64,000 nucleotides of DNA from an uncultured candidate division Zixibacteria bacterium (GTDB lineage: Bacteria > Zixibacteria > MSB-5A5 > RBG-16-43-9). The position numbers and the translations under genes were made by a program. The notes below the pieces were generated by a model. The model worked only from the letters and a program-made list of their open reading frames with translations, was not told the origin of the DNA and ran no database searches. The DNA lies in contig OY970208.1 in NCBI GenBank assembly GCA_963713865.1, positions 2,496,001 to 2,560,000 on the forward strand, given 5' to 3'. This document shows, one piece after another, positions 20,276-31,190 of this stretch. Position 1 is the stretch's first letter. The number at the start of each line of letters is the position of its first letter.

Positions 20276-21668
20276 CTACTTGCTACCTGCTACTTGCTTT
20301 TTAAATAGTACTGCTAAAGCCTCTTTAATACTTTTTACCCCTGAAATCTCGATCTTGAATTTACCCTTTAAATTCTTCAAATTACCATCTGGAATCACAC
20401 AGCTTTTGAATCCTAACTTTTCCCCTTCTTTAATTCTTCTCTCGATTTGACTTATGCTTCTCACCTCTCCTCCCAAGCCTACCTCACCCATAATCAAAAA
20501 ATCCTTTCTGACCGGAACATTCTTGAAATTAGAGACCACTGCCGCAACTACCCCTAAATCAATGGCTGGTTCATCAATCCAGACTCCCCCAGCCACATTT
20601 ATGAAGACATCTGTGGAGGATACTCTAAGATTTTCTCTTTTTTCTAAAATAGCCAAAAGCAATGAGAGTCTTTTATAATCTATGCCTGAACAAACTCTTT
20701 GAGGCATTCCATAGACTGTAGGCGAAACCAATGCTTGTAATTCCACTAAAAGAGGTTCTGGTTCCCTCTAAGGAACAAACCACCACCGAGCCGGATATGT
20801 CCTCTTCCATCTCAGATAGAAAAAGCTCTGAGGGATTATCTACTTCCTGAAGCCCTTTTTCTTCCATCTGGAAAACACCGATTTCATTGGAAGAGCCGAA
20901 CCGGTTTTTAGCTGACCTCAAAATCCGAAAAGCGTAATTTTTCTCACCTTCAAAATAAAGCACCGTATCCACCATATGTTCTAAAACCCTGGGACCAGCT
21001 AAGGAACCATCCTTGGTTACATGCCCAACCAAGAAAACAGCAACCCCTTTACCTTTGGCAAAATTTATTAGTTTTGAGGCACATTCCCTTATCTGGGAGA
21101 TAGACCCTGGAGCACTCTCCAGATCTGGAGAATAAGTAGTCTGAATCGAATCGACAACTGCCATAGAAGGAGGATTTTTCTCTAGAGCTTCTATGATCGC
21201 ATCTAAGTTCGTTTCAGTTAATATCTCTATTTTATCCGAATCTATCCCCATCCTTAAAGCCCGTAATTTAACCTGCTTTATAGATTCCTCTCCTGTGATA
21301 TACAGAACTCGACCTAAGTTCTCTGCTACTTTTTGACTGGTCTGGAGCAATAGAGTGGATTTCCCAATCCCCGGATCCCCACCCACCAAGACAACTGAAT
21401 CCTTTACAATCCCTCCACCCAAAACCCTATCTAACTCACCTATCCCAGTTTTCATCCTGTCCTCTTCCCCGAATTTAACCTGGCTTAAAGGAAGTGGAGT
21501 AGTTCTTAATTCATATCTTTCAATTCTTTTTTCTTTTTTCCTGGATACTTTTTCCTCAACCAGACTATTCCAGGAAAGACAATCCGGACATTTCCCCATC
21601 CATTTGGGAAAACTGCTTCCGCAGGATTGACAGATGAAAACCGTTTTTAATTTATCAACACCAGCCAT
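20276..21668 (-). CDS. radA: DNA repair protein RadA/Sms, split by a 1-nt insertion near 20757 (probable sequencing error)
   Basis: C4 zinc finger, GDPGIGKST, KNRFG; removing one A restores EGTRPLLVELQAL. Confidence 0.93.
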
Positions 21669-21831
21669 AAATTTTGCTATTTGCTATTGGCTTTTCGCTT
21701 TTTGCTCAAACCATCCCGTCGGGTCAGGGGACCCGATGGTCACATTAAATTTGCTTGAAGCTTTGTGTTTTAGCTCCTTGCTGCAAGCTACCTGCTACTT
21801 GCTTTTTATTTTCCTTTTTCCATCTTCCTTT

Positions 21832-22581
21832 TTATGTTAATGTAGGAATTGGTCCCTCAGACGATCCTTCAATAAATTGTCTGACCACCGGGTCAGTTGT
21901 ATTTTTTGTCTCCTCGGGCGTCCCGGTAAATACGATCTTACCCTCATACAGCATAGCGATCCGGTCTGCTATTTTATAGGCGGAAACTATATCGTGCGTA
22001 ACTGCTATGGAGGTTATTGATAGCGTATTTCTGAGGGTAATTATCAACTCGTTGATCACATCCGCCATAATCGGGTCCAGACCCGTGGTAGGCTCATCAT
22101 ACAGAACGAACTCCGGGTCCATAGCAATAGCCCTTGCCAGCCCCACTCTTTTTTTCATCCCGCCGGAAAGCTCAGCTGGTTTTAAATCCTCTACCCCGGC
22201 CATACCCACCAATCTTAATTTCTCTTTGACAACTTCTCCTATCTTCTCTTTTCCTAGATGGGTATGTTCCGTTAATCCTAAGCCAACATTCTCCTCCACC
22301 GTCATCGAATCAAAAAGGGCTGAACCCTGAAAGAGCATCCCAAACCTTTTACGCAGATGATACAGCTTTTCATCATTATATGCAGTTATCTCTTCACCAT
22401 CGATAAAAATCTTACCCTTGTCCGGCCTCATCAGCCCGATGATATGTTTCAAAAGAACGCTTTTGCCACACCCGCTCCTGCCGAGAATGACGATAGTTTC
22501 CCCTTTATCTATATTCAGGTCTACTCCATTCAAGACCTGATTTCCGCCAAAACTTTTGTATAACTCTTTTATCTCAATCAT
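21832..22581 (-). CDS. mlaF: MlaF-type ABC transporter ATP-binding protein
   Basis: GRSGCGKS, LSGGMKKRVGLARA, YDEPTTGLDP; next to an MlaE permease. Confidence 0.88.
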   Translation of the reverse strand: MIEIKELYKSFGGNQVLNGVDLNIDKGETIVILGRSGCGKSVLLKHIIGLMRPDKGKIFIDGEEITAYNDEKLYHLRKRFGMLFQGSALFDSMTVEENVGLGLTEHTHLGKEKIGEVVKEKLRLVGMAGVEDLKPAELSGGMKKRVGLARAIAMDPEFVLYDEPTTGLDPIMADVINELIITLRNTLSITSIAVTHDIVSAYKIADRIAMLYEGKIVFTGTPEETKNTTDPVVRQFIEGSSEGPIPTLT

Positions 22582-22842
22582 TTTTTAGCTGGTAGCTATT
22601 AGCTTGTAACTTTTTAAAACCTTTGAACTATTGAACTTTCAGTGTTTGCCAGGTCCCCTGACCTGGCAATTTTCCCGTCGGGTCAGGGGACCCGACGACC
22701 ACATAAACTTTCTTTTTTAGCTCCTTGCTACATGCTACCTGCTCCTTGCTTTTTGTTTTTTTATCCCTTGAACAATTGAACTTTTGAGCCTTTGAACCTA
22801 TTATTTCTGCTTTTAGCTACAAGCTACCTGCTCCTTGCTTTT

Positions 22843-23619
22843 CTAAGTTCCAAACAAAAACGATGCCAGTATATAGTCCGTAATCAAAATCATCACGCTG
22901 GCTAATACCACTGCCCGGGTAGTTGATCTTCCTACCCCTTCAGCCCCGCCTTCAGTTTTAAACCCCTGATAACAGCCAACCAGAGCAATTATCCCTCCAA
23001 AGACAAAAGCTTTTAAAAGCCCAGCCCATAAATCCCGCATATGGAAGAAAAGCTTCAGACCATTTAAAAAAGTATAACTGGAAACATTCAAAAAAACAAC
23101 CGAGACCAGAAGACCACCCAATATAGCAATGAAATCTGAAAAGACGGTTAAGACCGGAAGCATTATTATGCCGGACACAAATCTGGGAGTAACTAAATAT
23201 TTAACCGGGTCTAAAGCCAGAGTTTTTAAAGCATCGATCTGCTCCGTAACTTTCATCGTGCCAAGTTCAGCCGCAATAGAAGCACCAACCCTTCCGGCTA
23301 CCACTAAAGCAGTTAAAACCGGCCCCAACTCCATTATTACTGATTTACCCACCGCTGTGCCTAAATATCTCATAGGCACATAATCAGAGAACATATAAGC
23401 CGCCTGAACGCTTGCCACTCCACCGGTGAAGATCGAGGTAACCAGGATCAAAGGTAAAGAATTAACCCCCATATATAGCATCTGCTCTGCAATGAGATGA
23501 AATCTTTTAAAACTGCCTGGCAAACCTAAAATGATATTCTTGATTAAAATCGAGACCCCGCCCACATCTTCAAAAAACAGGGTGGTCTTTCTCCCAACCA
23601 CCCTGAAAGGGTTTTTCAT
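22843..23619 (-). CDS. mlaE: MlaE-family ABC permease
   Basis: ELGPVLTAL, AAELGTMKVTEQIDAL, GAEGVGRSTT. Confidence 0.92.
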   Translation of the reverse strand: MKNPFRVVGRKTTLFFEDVGGVSILIKNIILGLPGSFKRFHLIAEQMLYMGVNSLPLILVTSIFTGGVASVQAAYMFSDYVPMRYLGTAVGKSVIMELGPVLTALVVAGRVGASIAAELGTMKVTEQIDALKTLALDPVKYLVTPRFVSGIIMLPVLTVFSDFIAILGGLLVSVVFLNVSSYTFLNGLKLFFHMRDLWAGLLKAFVFGGIIALVGCYQGFKTEGGAEGVGRSTTRAVVLASVMILITDYILASFLFGT

Positions 23620-23669
23620 TTTAAACAACTATACCAACTCCTATGGAAACATATTTGATAGAACTATTT

Positions 23670-25043
23670 TTAAAAAGGTGTTTCGCGATGAATTTCTAAG
23701 TTCTCAAATCGGGCATAATCTTTTATGAAACTTAAAAAAACGCTTCCCGTAGGTCCATTCCGGTGTTTACTTACCAGGATCTCGGCTATACCTTCACTAT
23801 TTTCTTTCTTCCCATAAATATCTATGGTATTTATTCCATACATCTCCGGACGCCACACAAACATAACCAGGTCCGCATCCTGCTCTATGGCTCCGGACTC
23901 CCTTAAATCTGCTAAAAGTGGTCTTTTCTCTCCACCTCTTTTCTCTACTTCCCTGGAAAGCTGGGAAAGAGCTAAAACCGGCACACTCAAATCCTTAGCC
24001 AATCCTTTTAAGGCTCTGGAGATCAAGGAGATCTCCTGCTGGCGATTCTCCGCACCCTTTGGACCCTGCATCAATTGAAGATAATCTATAATTATAAGCC
24101 CGACATTCTCTCTGGCTTTTAGTCGGCGGGCTTTAGCTCTCATCTCTAAGATCCCGATGCTGGGAGTATCATCTAAAAAGATTTTAGCCTCAGATAAAGG
24201 ACCAGCCGCAATCGAAAGGTTAGCCCACTCATGGTCAGACAGCTTTCCGGTTCTCATCCGGTGAGCAGATATGCGTGCCCGGCTGCACAACATCCGGTTG
24301 GCTAACTGATTTTTAGCCATCTCCAAACTGAAAATAGCCACAGGTGTTTTTGCTTCAATCGCCACATATTCCGCTATGGATAAGCTGACTGAGGTCTTAC
24401 CCATAGAAGGTCTGCCAGCCACAACTACTAAATCGGAAGGCTGTAAACCGGCAGTTAAACTATCTAAGTCTTTAAATCCAGTAGGAAGTCCGGTGATCTG
24501 TCCTTCCCTGATCTTATCTATCGATTCAAAAGTATGCGGTAAGATCTCTCCTAAATGCACAAAACCCTGTTTAACCCTTTTCTCCGAGATATCGAACACT
24601 TTCTGTTCAGCCGCATCTAAAAGATCATCCACCTCCTCGGTTAAATCGTAACATCTGGTGATTATCTCTGTAGTCGCCTGGATCAGTTTTCTTAAAGTCG
24701 CTTTTTCTAAAACTATTTTGGAGTGATATTCGATATTGGCTGAGGAAACTACATTGCCAGCTAAATCCAGTAGAGCCTCCCTCCCGCCTATCTCTTCTAA
24801 CTCACCTCTTTTAGAGAGTTCCTCTGCTAAAGTGATCAGGTCAACCGGCTCATTTCTATCATATAAAGAGACCATAGCCAAAAATATTTTGGCATAAGCT
24901 GGCTTATAAAAACAATACTCATCAATATTCTCCACCGCCAAACCTATAGCCTCCCGGTCCAAAAGCATCGCCCCTAAGACCGATTGTTCAACTTCTATAG
25001 CTTGCGGTGGAACCCTCTCTGTTCCAATCATTTTCTCATTCAT
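23670..25043 (-). CDS. dnaB: Replicative DNA helicase
   Basis: PPQAIEVEQSVLG, GRPSMGKT, DYLQL, LRESGAIEQDAD, KHRNGPTG; the track's upstream extension is repeat-derived. Confidence 0.96.
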   Translation of the reverse strand: MNEKMIGTERVPPQAIEVEQSVLGAMLLDREAIGLAVENIDEYCFYKPAYAKIFLAMVSLYDRNEPVDLITLAEELSKRGELEEIGGREALLDLAGNVVSSANIEYHSKIVLEKATLRKLIQATTEIITRCYDLTEEVDDLLDAAEQKVFDISEKRVKQGFVHLGEILPHTFESIDKIREGQITGLPTGFKDLDSLTAGLQPSDLVVVAGRPSMGKTSVSLSIAEYVAIEAKTPVAIFSLEMAKNQLANRMLCSRARISAHRMRTGKLSDHEWANLSIAAGPLSEAKIFLDDTPSIGILEMRAKARRLKARENVGLIIIDYLQLMQGPKGAENRQQEISLISRALKGLAKDLSVPVLALSQLSREVEKRGGEKRPLLADLRESGAIEQDADLVMFVWRPEMYGINTIDIYGKKENSEGIAEILVSKHRNGPTGSVFLSFIKDYARFENLEIHRETPF

Positions 25044-25109
25044 AAACTCTTCGAGTTTAGGTGGTAGGTAAAAGGTTATAGGTTTTAGGTACCTACCCCC
25101 TATCACCTA

Positions 25110-25811
25110 CTACCTATGACCTTTTATTTTATCATATTCACTTCTCAAAAACTGCACATCCTCCCAGGTATCCTTTTTGAATTGTGGGTATCTTAAAAGA
25201 GCGGCTGGATGGTAGGTTACCAGAAATTTTATTCCCTGATAATCATGAAATTCCCCTCTAAGTCGATTTAAAGGAGTATTGGTTTTCAAAAGAGCCTGGG
25301 CAGAAATCCTGCCTAAAGCACAGATAAGTTTTGGCTGGATTAATTTTATCTGTTCTATAAGATAAGGCTCGCATTGTTCGATCTCGTCCGGCAACGGGTC
25401 TCTATTTTCCGGTGGGCGGCATTTTAAGATATTGGCAATATATACCTCTTCCCTTTTGAATTTTATCGCCGCTAAAATCTTATTTAAAAGCTGACCGGCT
25501 CTACCTACAAACGGCTCTCCCTGCAGGTCTTCATCTCTGCCTGGAGCTTCTCCCACGAACATAATATCAGCCTTACTACTTCCAGCGCCAAAAACGAAAT
25601 TGGTTCTGCTTCTATAAAGCTGGCATTTCTGACAATCCTTTATCTTTTGACAAAATTCTTCCAGCAAGTTTTTTTTATTTGGCTTTTTCCGGCATTCGAA
25701 TTTCAGGTCAGAAGGAAGCTGAAACTCATCCACTCCTAAATCCATCTGTTGTTTTAAATATTTTTTTGCTAAGGCAAAAGCCTCAACCATCTGTAAATAT
25801 TTATCTTCCAT
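25110..25811 (-). CDS. Uracil-DNA glycosylase family 4
   Basis: [31 protein letters not shown]. Confidence 0.95.
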   Translation of the reverse strand: MEDKYLQMVEAFALAKKYLKQQMDLGVDEFQLPSDLKFECRKKPNKKNLLEEFCQKIKDCQKCQLYRSRTNFVFGAGSSKADIMFVGEAPGRDEDLQGEPFVGRAGQLLNKILAAIKFKREEVYIANILKCRPPENRDPLPDEIEQCEPYLIEQIKLIQPKLICALGRISAQALLKTNTPLNRLRGEFHDYQGIKFLVTYHPAALLRYPQFKKDTWEDVQFLRSEYDKIKGHR

Positions 25812-25887
25812 TTTTCTTCAAAATAGGTGTTAAGTTATAGGTCATAGGTTGTAGGAGTTTCCCCTATTACCTATTACCTACCACCTA

Positions 25888-27084
25888 TCACCTTTTTAAA
25901 AGTTTAGCAACCCGAACAATTATCTTCTCTGCCAGCTCTCTTTTAGACATTAAGGGTAATTTCTCGATCTTCCCTTTTTTATCTATCAAAGTAGCGATAT
26001 TGGTATCAACTTCAAATCCTGCCCCTTGGCGATCGGGATTATTTACCGCGATCAGGTCCAGATTTTTTTCTTTTAATTTTAATTTAGCATTTTTGATCTC
26101 ATTTTCGGTTTCTACAGCAAAACCAACCAGGACTTTTTTACCTTTTCTCTTGCCCATCTCTTTGAGTATATCCGGAGTGGGCTTGAGTTTTAAATCCAGC
26201 TCTGCATCTTCTTTTTTTATCTTGCCTCTTGAAATCTTTTGAGGCGCAAAATCAGAAACTGCGGCAGTCATAATCAGAACATCAGATTTCCCGAAGTTTT
26301 TCTGGACTGCCTTATACATCTCCTGTGTAGTTCTGATCTTGACCAGATTAATTCCGGGAGATGGAAAAAGATTAGTTGGACCGCTGATCAAAGTCACCTT
26401 CGCCCCTCTTCTAAAAGCCTCCTCCGCTATGGCATAACCCATCTTCCCGGAAGAGCGATTGGATAAAAACCTAACTGCATCAATAGGCTCCTCAGTTCTG
26501 GAAGCTGTAATCAAAATCGACTTTCCGGTTAGATCTTTTTTCTCTACTAACATTTTTATGACTTCATTTTGAATCTCCTCTGGTTCCGCCATTCTCCCTC
26601 TGCCAACATCACCACAAGCCAGGTTTCCAATTCCAGGTTCAATGAACCTGTATCCTAATTTTTTAAGCTTTTCGATATTTTGCTGACAGACAGGATTCTC
26701 GTACATATTCACATTCATTGCTGGAGCTAAAAGAACTGGTGCCTTGGTGGAACTTATAACCGTGGTCAGGATGTCATCTGCCATCCCGGAAGAGATTTTT
26801 CCTATCAGATTATAGGTAGCTGGAGCAACCAAAACCAGATCCGCCCAATGGGCTAAATTTATGTGCCTGGTGCCAACCATCCGGTGCTGTGGAAACATTT
26901 CCGTAACCACCTCATTTTCAGATAAAGTCTCCATCGTCAAAGGAGTGATGAAATTCGCACCTGCCTGGGTCATAACCACCTGAACTTCTGCCCCTATTTT
27001 TTTCAAACGTCTGCAAACTTCAGCCGCTTTATAAGCCGAAATCCCCCCTCCTATCCCTAAAATTATCTTCTTACCTTTTAACAT
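25888..27084 (-). CDS. coaBC: Bifunctional phosphopantothenoylcysteine decarboxylase/ligase
   Basis: GGISAYK, PAMN, LACGDVGRGRM, NRSSGKMG, VGFAVET. Confidence 0.96.
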   Translation of the reverse strand: MLKGKKIILGIGGGISAYKAAEVCRRLKKIGAEVQVVMTQAGANFITPLTMETLSENEVVTEMFPQHRMVGTRHINLAHWADLVLVAPATYNLIGKISSGMADDILTTVISSTKAPVLLAPAMNVNMYENPVCQQNIEKLKKLGYRFIEPGIGNLACGDVGRGRMAEPEEIQNEVIKMLVEKKDLTGKSILITASRTEEPIDAVRFLSNRSSGKMGYAIAEEAFRRGAKVTLISGPTNLFPSPGINLVKIRTTQEMYKAVQKNFGKSDVLIMTAAVSDFAPQKISRGKIKKEDAELDLKLKPTPDILKEMGKRKGKKVLVGFAVETENEIKNAKLKLKEKNLDLIAVNNPDRQGAGFEVDTNIATLIDKKGKIEKLPLMSKRELAEKIIVRVAKLLKR

Positions 27085-27150
27085 CTTTTTTTCTCCCCCT
27101 CAAACTTTTTCTATTTTAAATCTTTTTCTTTTGAACTTTTAAACTATGTA

Positions 27151-27612
27151 TTATTTACTATCCTGCTCCATCCAGAAAAAGCTATTTGTGCTTTTTCTCA
27201 AACTATTATCCGAGAAAAATAAAAGATTGGTTAAATTTTTAATGGTCTCTAAATCTACCTTTTCCTTTCCCAGGGCTAAAGATTTACTGATTAAAATCTC
27301 TATCTCTTTTCTGTCTAAAAGACCTAATTCCTCTATCTGATATAAAAACCCATAACCCTCTGAGGTAAAATATTCTTCTTTGAAACCTTTTAGCCAGCCA
27401 CAGAGATTACTTTTTTCATTTTCAAGTTTAGAGAATTTTTCTGGCTTGTTTAAGAGCCAGAGGTAAGCTTTTTTGATCTCTTTTTCAGAAAACCCCAATT
27501 CCATTAAATCCTTAAAAACTTTTACCAGATCTCCTACCTTACCCTGATTGCTCTTGGCATATTGGGCTAAATAGATGATTATGTCTATAACTTTGTTTTC
27601 TAAATCTTCCAC
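27151..27612 (-). CDS. DUF494/Smg family protein
   Basis: KVIDIIIYL, LMELGFSEKEIKKAYLWL, EGYGFLYQ; GTG start after GAGGTG. Confidence 0.7.
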   Translation of the reverse strand: MEDLENKVIDIIIYLAQYAKSNQGKVGDLVKVFKDLMELGFSEKEIKKAYLWLLNKPEKFSKLENEKSNLCGWLKGFKEEYFTSEGYGFLYQIEELGLLDRKEIEILISKSLALGKEKVDLETIKNLTNLLFFSDNSLRKSTNSFFWMEQDSK

Positions 27613-27726
27613 GTAAATTTCACCTCGTAAATAATTTATCATAAACCTAAACTAAAATCAAGTAATTATTTTTAAAGAAAAAAATCGTTTCCCTTGATAG
27701 GAAAGGCGAGACTATCAATTTCCTCT

Positions 27727-27835
27727 GTCATTGCGAGGAGTCTCACCGAAAATGCACGACGAAGCAATCTGTTTTGTAGGGACAGAATCTCGCCTCAGGC
27801 GGATTCTGTCCTTACGTCTCTCGGTTCGCAATGAC
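27727..27835. repeat. Three-level nested palindromic element
   Basis: GTCATTGCGAG...CGCAATGAC enclosing GTAGGGACAGAAT...ATTCTGTCCTTAC enclosing CGCCTCAGGCG. Confidence 0.85.
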
Positions 27836-27888
27836 TATTATGCTAACTCACAGCATTTATATGAAAACCAATTTCTCACAGGAAATCA

Positions 27889-29466
27889 TCAATGCTTGAA
27901 ATGTCTTATCCCGGTGAAAACCATAGCTATCTGGTGTTCATTGGCCGCTTTAATAACCTCAGGGTCTCCTTTTGAACCACCTGGCTGGATAATCGCCTTC
28001 ACTCCAGCTTTAGCTGCCTCATCCAACCCATCTCTCATCGGGAAAAAAGCATCCGACGCTAAAATCGAGCCTTTAGCTCTTTCACCCGCTTTTATAGCTG
28101 AGATTATGACTGAATCCACCCGGCTCATCTGCCCTGCACCAACTCCTACGGTTTTCTCGCCCTGCACTAAGACGATGGCATTCGATTTTACATGCTTGAC
28201 TACTTTCCAGGCAAAAAGCAAAGATTTAATCTGCTCCGGAGTAGGTTGTACCTGGGTTACAACTTTCAAATCGCTCTCTTTAAGTTCGTGTTCATCTGCA
28301 TCCTGAAGAAGAGCTCCACCCTTAATAATCTTATAAGTTTTCTGCCCTTTAACTTTTCCTTTTAAAATTTCCGGACAGGCTAAGAACCTTCGATTTTTCT
28401 TTTTGATTAGAAGTTCTAAAGCTTTATCTTCATACCCTGGAGCGAGCACACATTCCACAAAAAAGGTTTCATCTATTTTTTTTGCAGTTTCCAGATCTAC
28501 AATCCGGTTTAATCCAATAACAGAGCCAAAAGCTGAGACCGGGTCTGAAGCTAAGGCATCTTCATAGGCTTGAGCTAAAGTATCTGCACCAGCTGACCCG
28601 CAGGGATTGGTATGCTTGAGGATACAAGCAAAGGGTCTTTTAAAATCTCCGATCATGTTTAAAGCTGCATCTAAATCCACAATGTTATTATAGGAAAGTT
28701 CTTTGCCGGATAAAATTTTTGAAGCAGGTATACTTGCCTCTGCAAAACCTGGAGCTTTATAAAGCGCTGCCTTTTGATGTGGATTTTCACCATATCTCAA
28801 ATCTTGCACCTTTTCATAAAATAGAGTCAAATATGAAGAAAACCTGTCCTCTTTTATCGCCTTCTTTTCAAAGTAATTGGCAATAGCTCCATCATAATAA
28901 GCTGTATGTTTGAAAGCTTCCAAGGCTAAATCGTATCTGGAAGAAAGGCTCAGGCTCCCCTTCTTCTCTTTGAGCTCCTGAATTATTCTATCATAACTTT
29001 CAGGGCTGGTAATTATAGCGACATAATTGAAATTTTTTGCGGCCGCTCTAATCAGACTCACTCCTCCGATATCTATATTCTCTATAGCTTCTGTATCTGT
29101 GACTTCTGGTTTGGAGATGGTCTTTTCAAAAGGATAAAGATTTACCACCACCAGGTCTATGAGTTTTAATTTTTGTTCCCTTATCTCTTTTTTATGCTCC
29201 TTATCTTCTCGTAAGGCTAAGATTCCGCCAAATACCTTAGGATGTAAAGTCTTAACCCGACCTCCTAAGATTTCAGGAAATTCAGTAAAAGAAGAGATGG
29301 AGACGGCCTGGATGCCGTTCTTCTTGAGTTCATTTAAAGTCCCGCCAGTGGAGATGATCTCAACTCTTAAACTTTGTAGCTGACGAGCGAATTCAACCAA
29401 GCCTTTCTTGTCTGAAACACTAATCAACGCTCTTTTTATTTTAATTGTTCCTTTTTCTTCAGACAT
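27889..29466 (-). CDS. purH: Bifunctional AICAR transformylase/IMP cyclohydrolase
   Basis: ALISVSDK, GRVKTLHP, LRYGENPHQ, ASDAFFP, TGIRHFKH. Confidence 0.97.
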   Translation of the reverse strand: MSEEKGTIKIKRALISVSDKKGLVEFARQLQSLRVEIISTGGTLNELKKNGIQAVSISSFTEFPEILGGRVKTLHPKVFGGILALREDKEHKKEIREQKLKLIDLVVVNLYPFEKTISKPEVTDTEAIENIDIGGVSLIRAAAKNFNYVAIITSPESYDRIIQELKEKKGSLSLSSRYDLALEAFKHTAYYDGAIANYFEKKAIKEDRFSSYLTLFYEKVQDLRYGENPHQKAALYKAPGFAEASIPASKILSGKELSYNNIVDLDAALNMIGDFKRPFACILKHTNPCGSAGADTLAQAYEDALASDPVSAFGSVIGLNRIVDLETAKKIDETFFVECVLAPGYEDKALELLIKKKNRRFLACPEILKGKVKGQKTYKIIKGGALLQDADEHELKESDLKVVTQVQPTPEQIKSLLFAWKVVKHVKSNAIVLVQGEKTVGVGAGQMSRVDSVIISAIKAGERAKGSILASDAFFPMRDGLDEAAKAGVKAIIQPGGSKGDPEVIKAANEHQIAMVFTGIRHFKH

Positions 29467-29486
29467 TCTTAACCTCTTTCCTAAAG

Positions 29487-30392
29487 TTATTTGTTTATTA
29501 ACCTTTTTAAGGCCTCTTCATATTTTTCTTTTGTTTTCAGGATTACATCTTCAGGAAGCTCTGGTGCTGGTGGTTTTTTATTCCAGTTTATTTTCTCCAG
29601 ATAATCCCGCACAAATTGTTTATCAAAACTTTCCTGGGACTTACCTGGTGAATAAACTTGCTTAGACCAGAAACGAGATGAGTCCGGAGATAAAATCTCG
29701 TCTATCAGGATGACCTTCTCTCCAGAAAAGCCGAATTCAAACTTAGTATCTGCGATGATCATCCCTTTCCTCTCAGCATAATCTGAACACTTCTGATAGA
29801 TAGCCATACTCTTCTCTTTGAGGTATTCAGATAAACTTGACCCGATTTTTTTCTTCATCTCCTCGAAGCTGATATTCTCATCATGTCCGCTCTCCGCTTT
29901 GGTAGCTGGAGTAAAAATCGGAAAAGAAAGTTTTTCCGACTCCTTAAGGTCATCTGGAAGCTGGTAGCCCAGTATTTCTATCCTTCCACTCTTGGATAAA
30001 TCTATTTTCTCCTGGTATTCCTTCCACAAAGAACCAGAGATATAACCTCTGACCACGCATTCCACATCAATCCTTTTAGCTTTCTTAACCAGCATTGACC
30101 GGTCCTCTAAGCTCTCCCTGTATTTATGTAACTCTGCTGGATAATCATCCACTTTAAAACTCAGGAGATGATTATCGATTAAATCTTTAACCAGCTCAAA
30201 CCAGAATAAGGACATCCTGGTCAACACCTTTCCCTTTCCAGGAATCCCATTCGGAAGTACCACATCAAAAGCAGATAAACGGTCAGTTGCTATGATTAAA
30301 AGTTTATCCTTTAAGTCATACACATCTCTGACCTTTCCTTGAGCATAAATAGGGAATTCTTTAATTTCTGTCTTTAATAACGCTTTTTCCAT
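29487..30392 (-). CDS. purC: SAICAR synthetase
   Basis: GKVRDVY, DRLSAFD, ADTKFEFG, PDSSRFW, DKQFVRD. Confidence 0.97.
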   Translation of the reverse strand: MEKALLKTEIKEFPIYAQGKVRDVYDLKDKLLIIATDRLSAFDVVLPNGIPGKGKVLTRMSLFWFELVKDLIDNHLLSFKVDDYPAELHKYRESLEDRSMLVKKAKRIDVECVVRGYISGSLWKEYQEKIDLSKSGRIEILGYQLPDDLKESEKLSFPIFTPATKAESGHDENISFEEMKKKIGSSLSEYLKEKSMAIYQKCSDYAERKGMIIADTKFEFGFSGEKVILIDEILSPDSSRFWSKQVYSPGKSQESFDKQFVRDYLEKINWNKKPPAPELPEDVILKTKEKYEEALKRLINK

Positions 30393-30439
30393 TTTATTCC
30401 CCTTAAAGTTAAAGATTAAGGAGTCTGCTGTAACTTATT

Positions 30440-31066
30440 TTATGTCTTGATATAAGCACGATTATCTTTTACCTCTACTCTGCTTTCAGCAAAAAGTTGA
30501 ATCGCCTCTTTATAGGTTTGATGTTCCACTTTAAGGACTCTTTCAGCTAAACTTTCTGGAGTATCATCATCTTTAACTTCCACTGGCTTTTGTATTACAA
30601 TTGCACCATGATCATAGACCTCATCCACAATGTGGACAGTTACTCCAGTGATTTTCACCCCCGATTTTATCACCGCCTCGTGCACGTGAATACCATACAT
30701 TCCTGGTCCCCCAAAATGAGGAAGTAGTGCCGGATGGATATTCAGGATTCTATTTTTATAAGCCCGGATAATTACAGGAGAAAGTATTTTCATATACCCG
30801 GCTAAGACCACCATATCTATCTGATTTTCTTTTAAAACTTCAAGCAGCCTCTGGTCGAACTCCTCGAGAGTAGTAAACTGTTTATGGCTCAGATGCAAAG
30901 CCGGGATATTATGATTTTTAGCTCTCTCTAAGGCAAAAGCTTTACTGTTATTACTGATAACTATCTTAATCTCAGCTAATAGCTCTCCCCTTTCTATCGC
31001 ATCAATCAAAGCTTGAAGATTCGTCCCTCCACCTGAACAAAGGATTGCTAAGTTCAGTTTTTTCAT
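30440..31066 (-). CDS. purN: Phosphoribosylglycinamide formyltransferase
   Basis: SGGGTNLQA, LAGYMKIL, NIHPALLP. Confidence 0.96.
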   Translation of the reverse strand: MKKLNLAILCSGGGTNLQALIDAIERGELLAEIKIVISNNSKAFALERAKNHNIPALHLSHKQFTTLEEFDQRLLEVLKENQIDMVVLAGYMKILSPVIIRAYKNRILNIHPALLPHFGGPGMYGIHVHEAVIKSGVKITGVTVHIVDEVYDHGAIVIQKPVEVKDDDTPESLAERVLKVEHQTYKEAIQLFAESRVEVKDNRAYIKT

Positions 31067-31094
31067 TTCTCCAAATTCTCCTTATTCATTTATT

Positions 31095-31180
31095 CCGTCG
31101 GGTCAGGGGACCCGACGGGCACGTGAAAGTAACTAAACTGTGCCTGCCTTTCTGTGCTCGTCAGGTCCCCCGACCTGGCG
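31095..31180. repeat. REP cluster downstream of RAYT 1
   Basis: CCGTCGGGTCAGGGGACCCGACGG and GTCAGGTCCCCCGACCTGGC; same family at about 11023, 21716, 22648-22697, 33247, 36360, 49213. Confidence 0.85.
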
Positions 31181-31190
31181 AATTAAGACC

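Noticed and set aside
20276-21668. radA, dxs, rplU and the kinase as true pseudogenes or programmed frameshifts
   Set aside because: Both halves are well conserved, dxs and rplU are core genes, and there are no slippery heptamers; sequencing error is more likely
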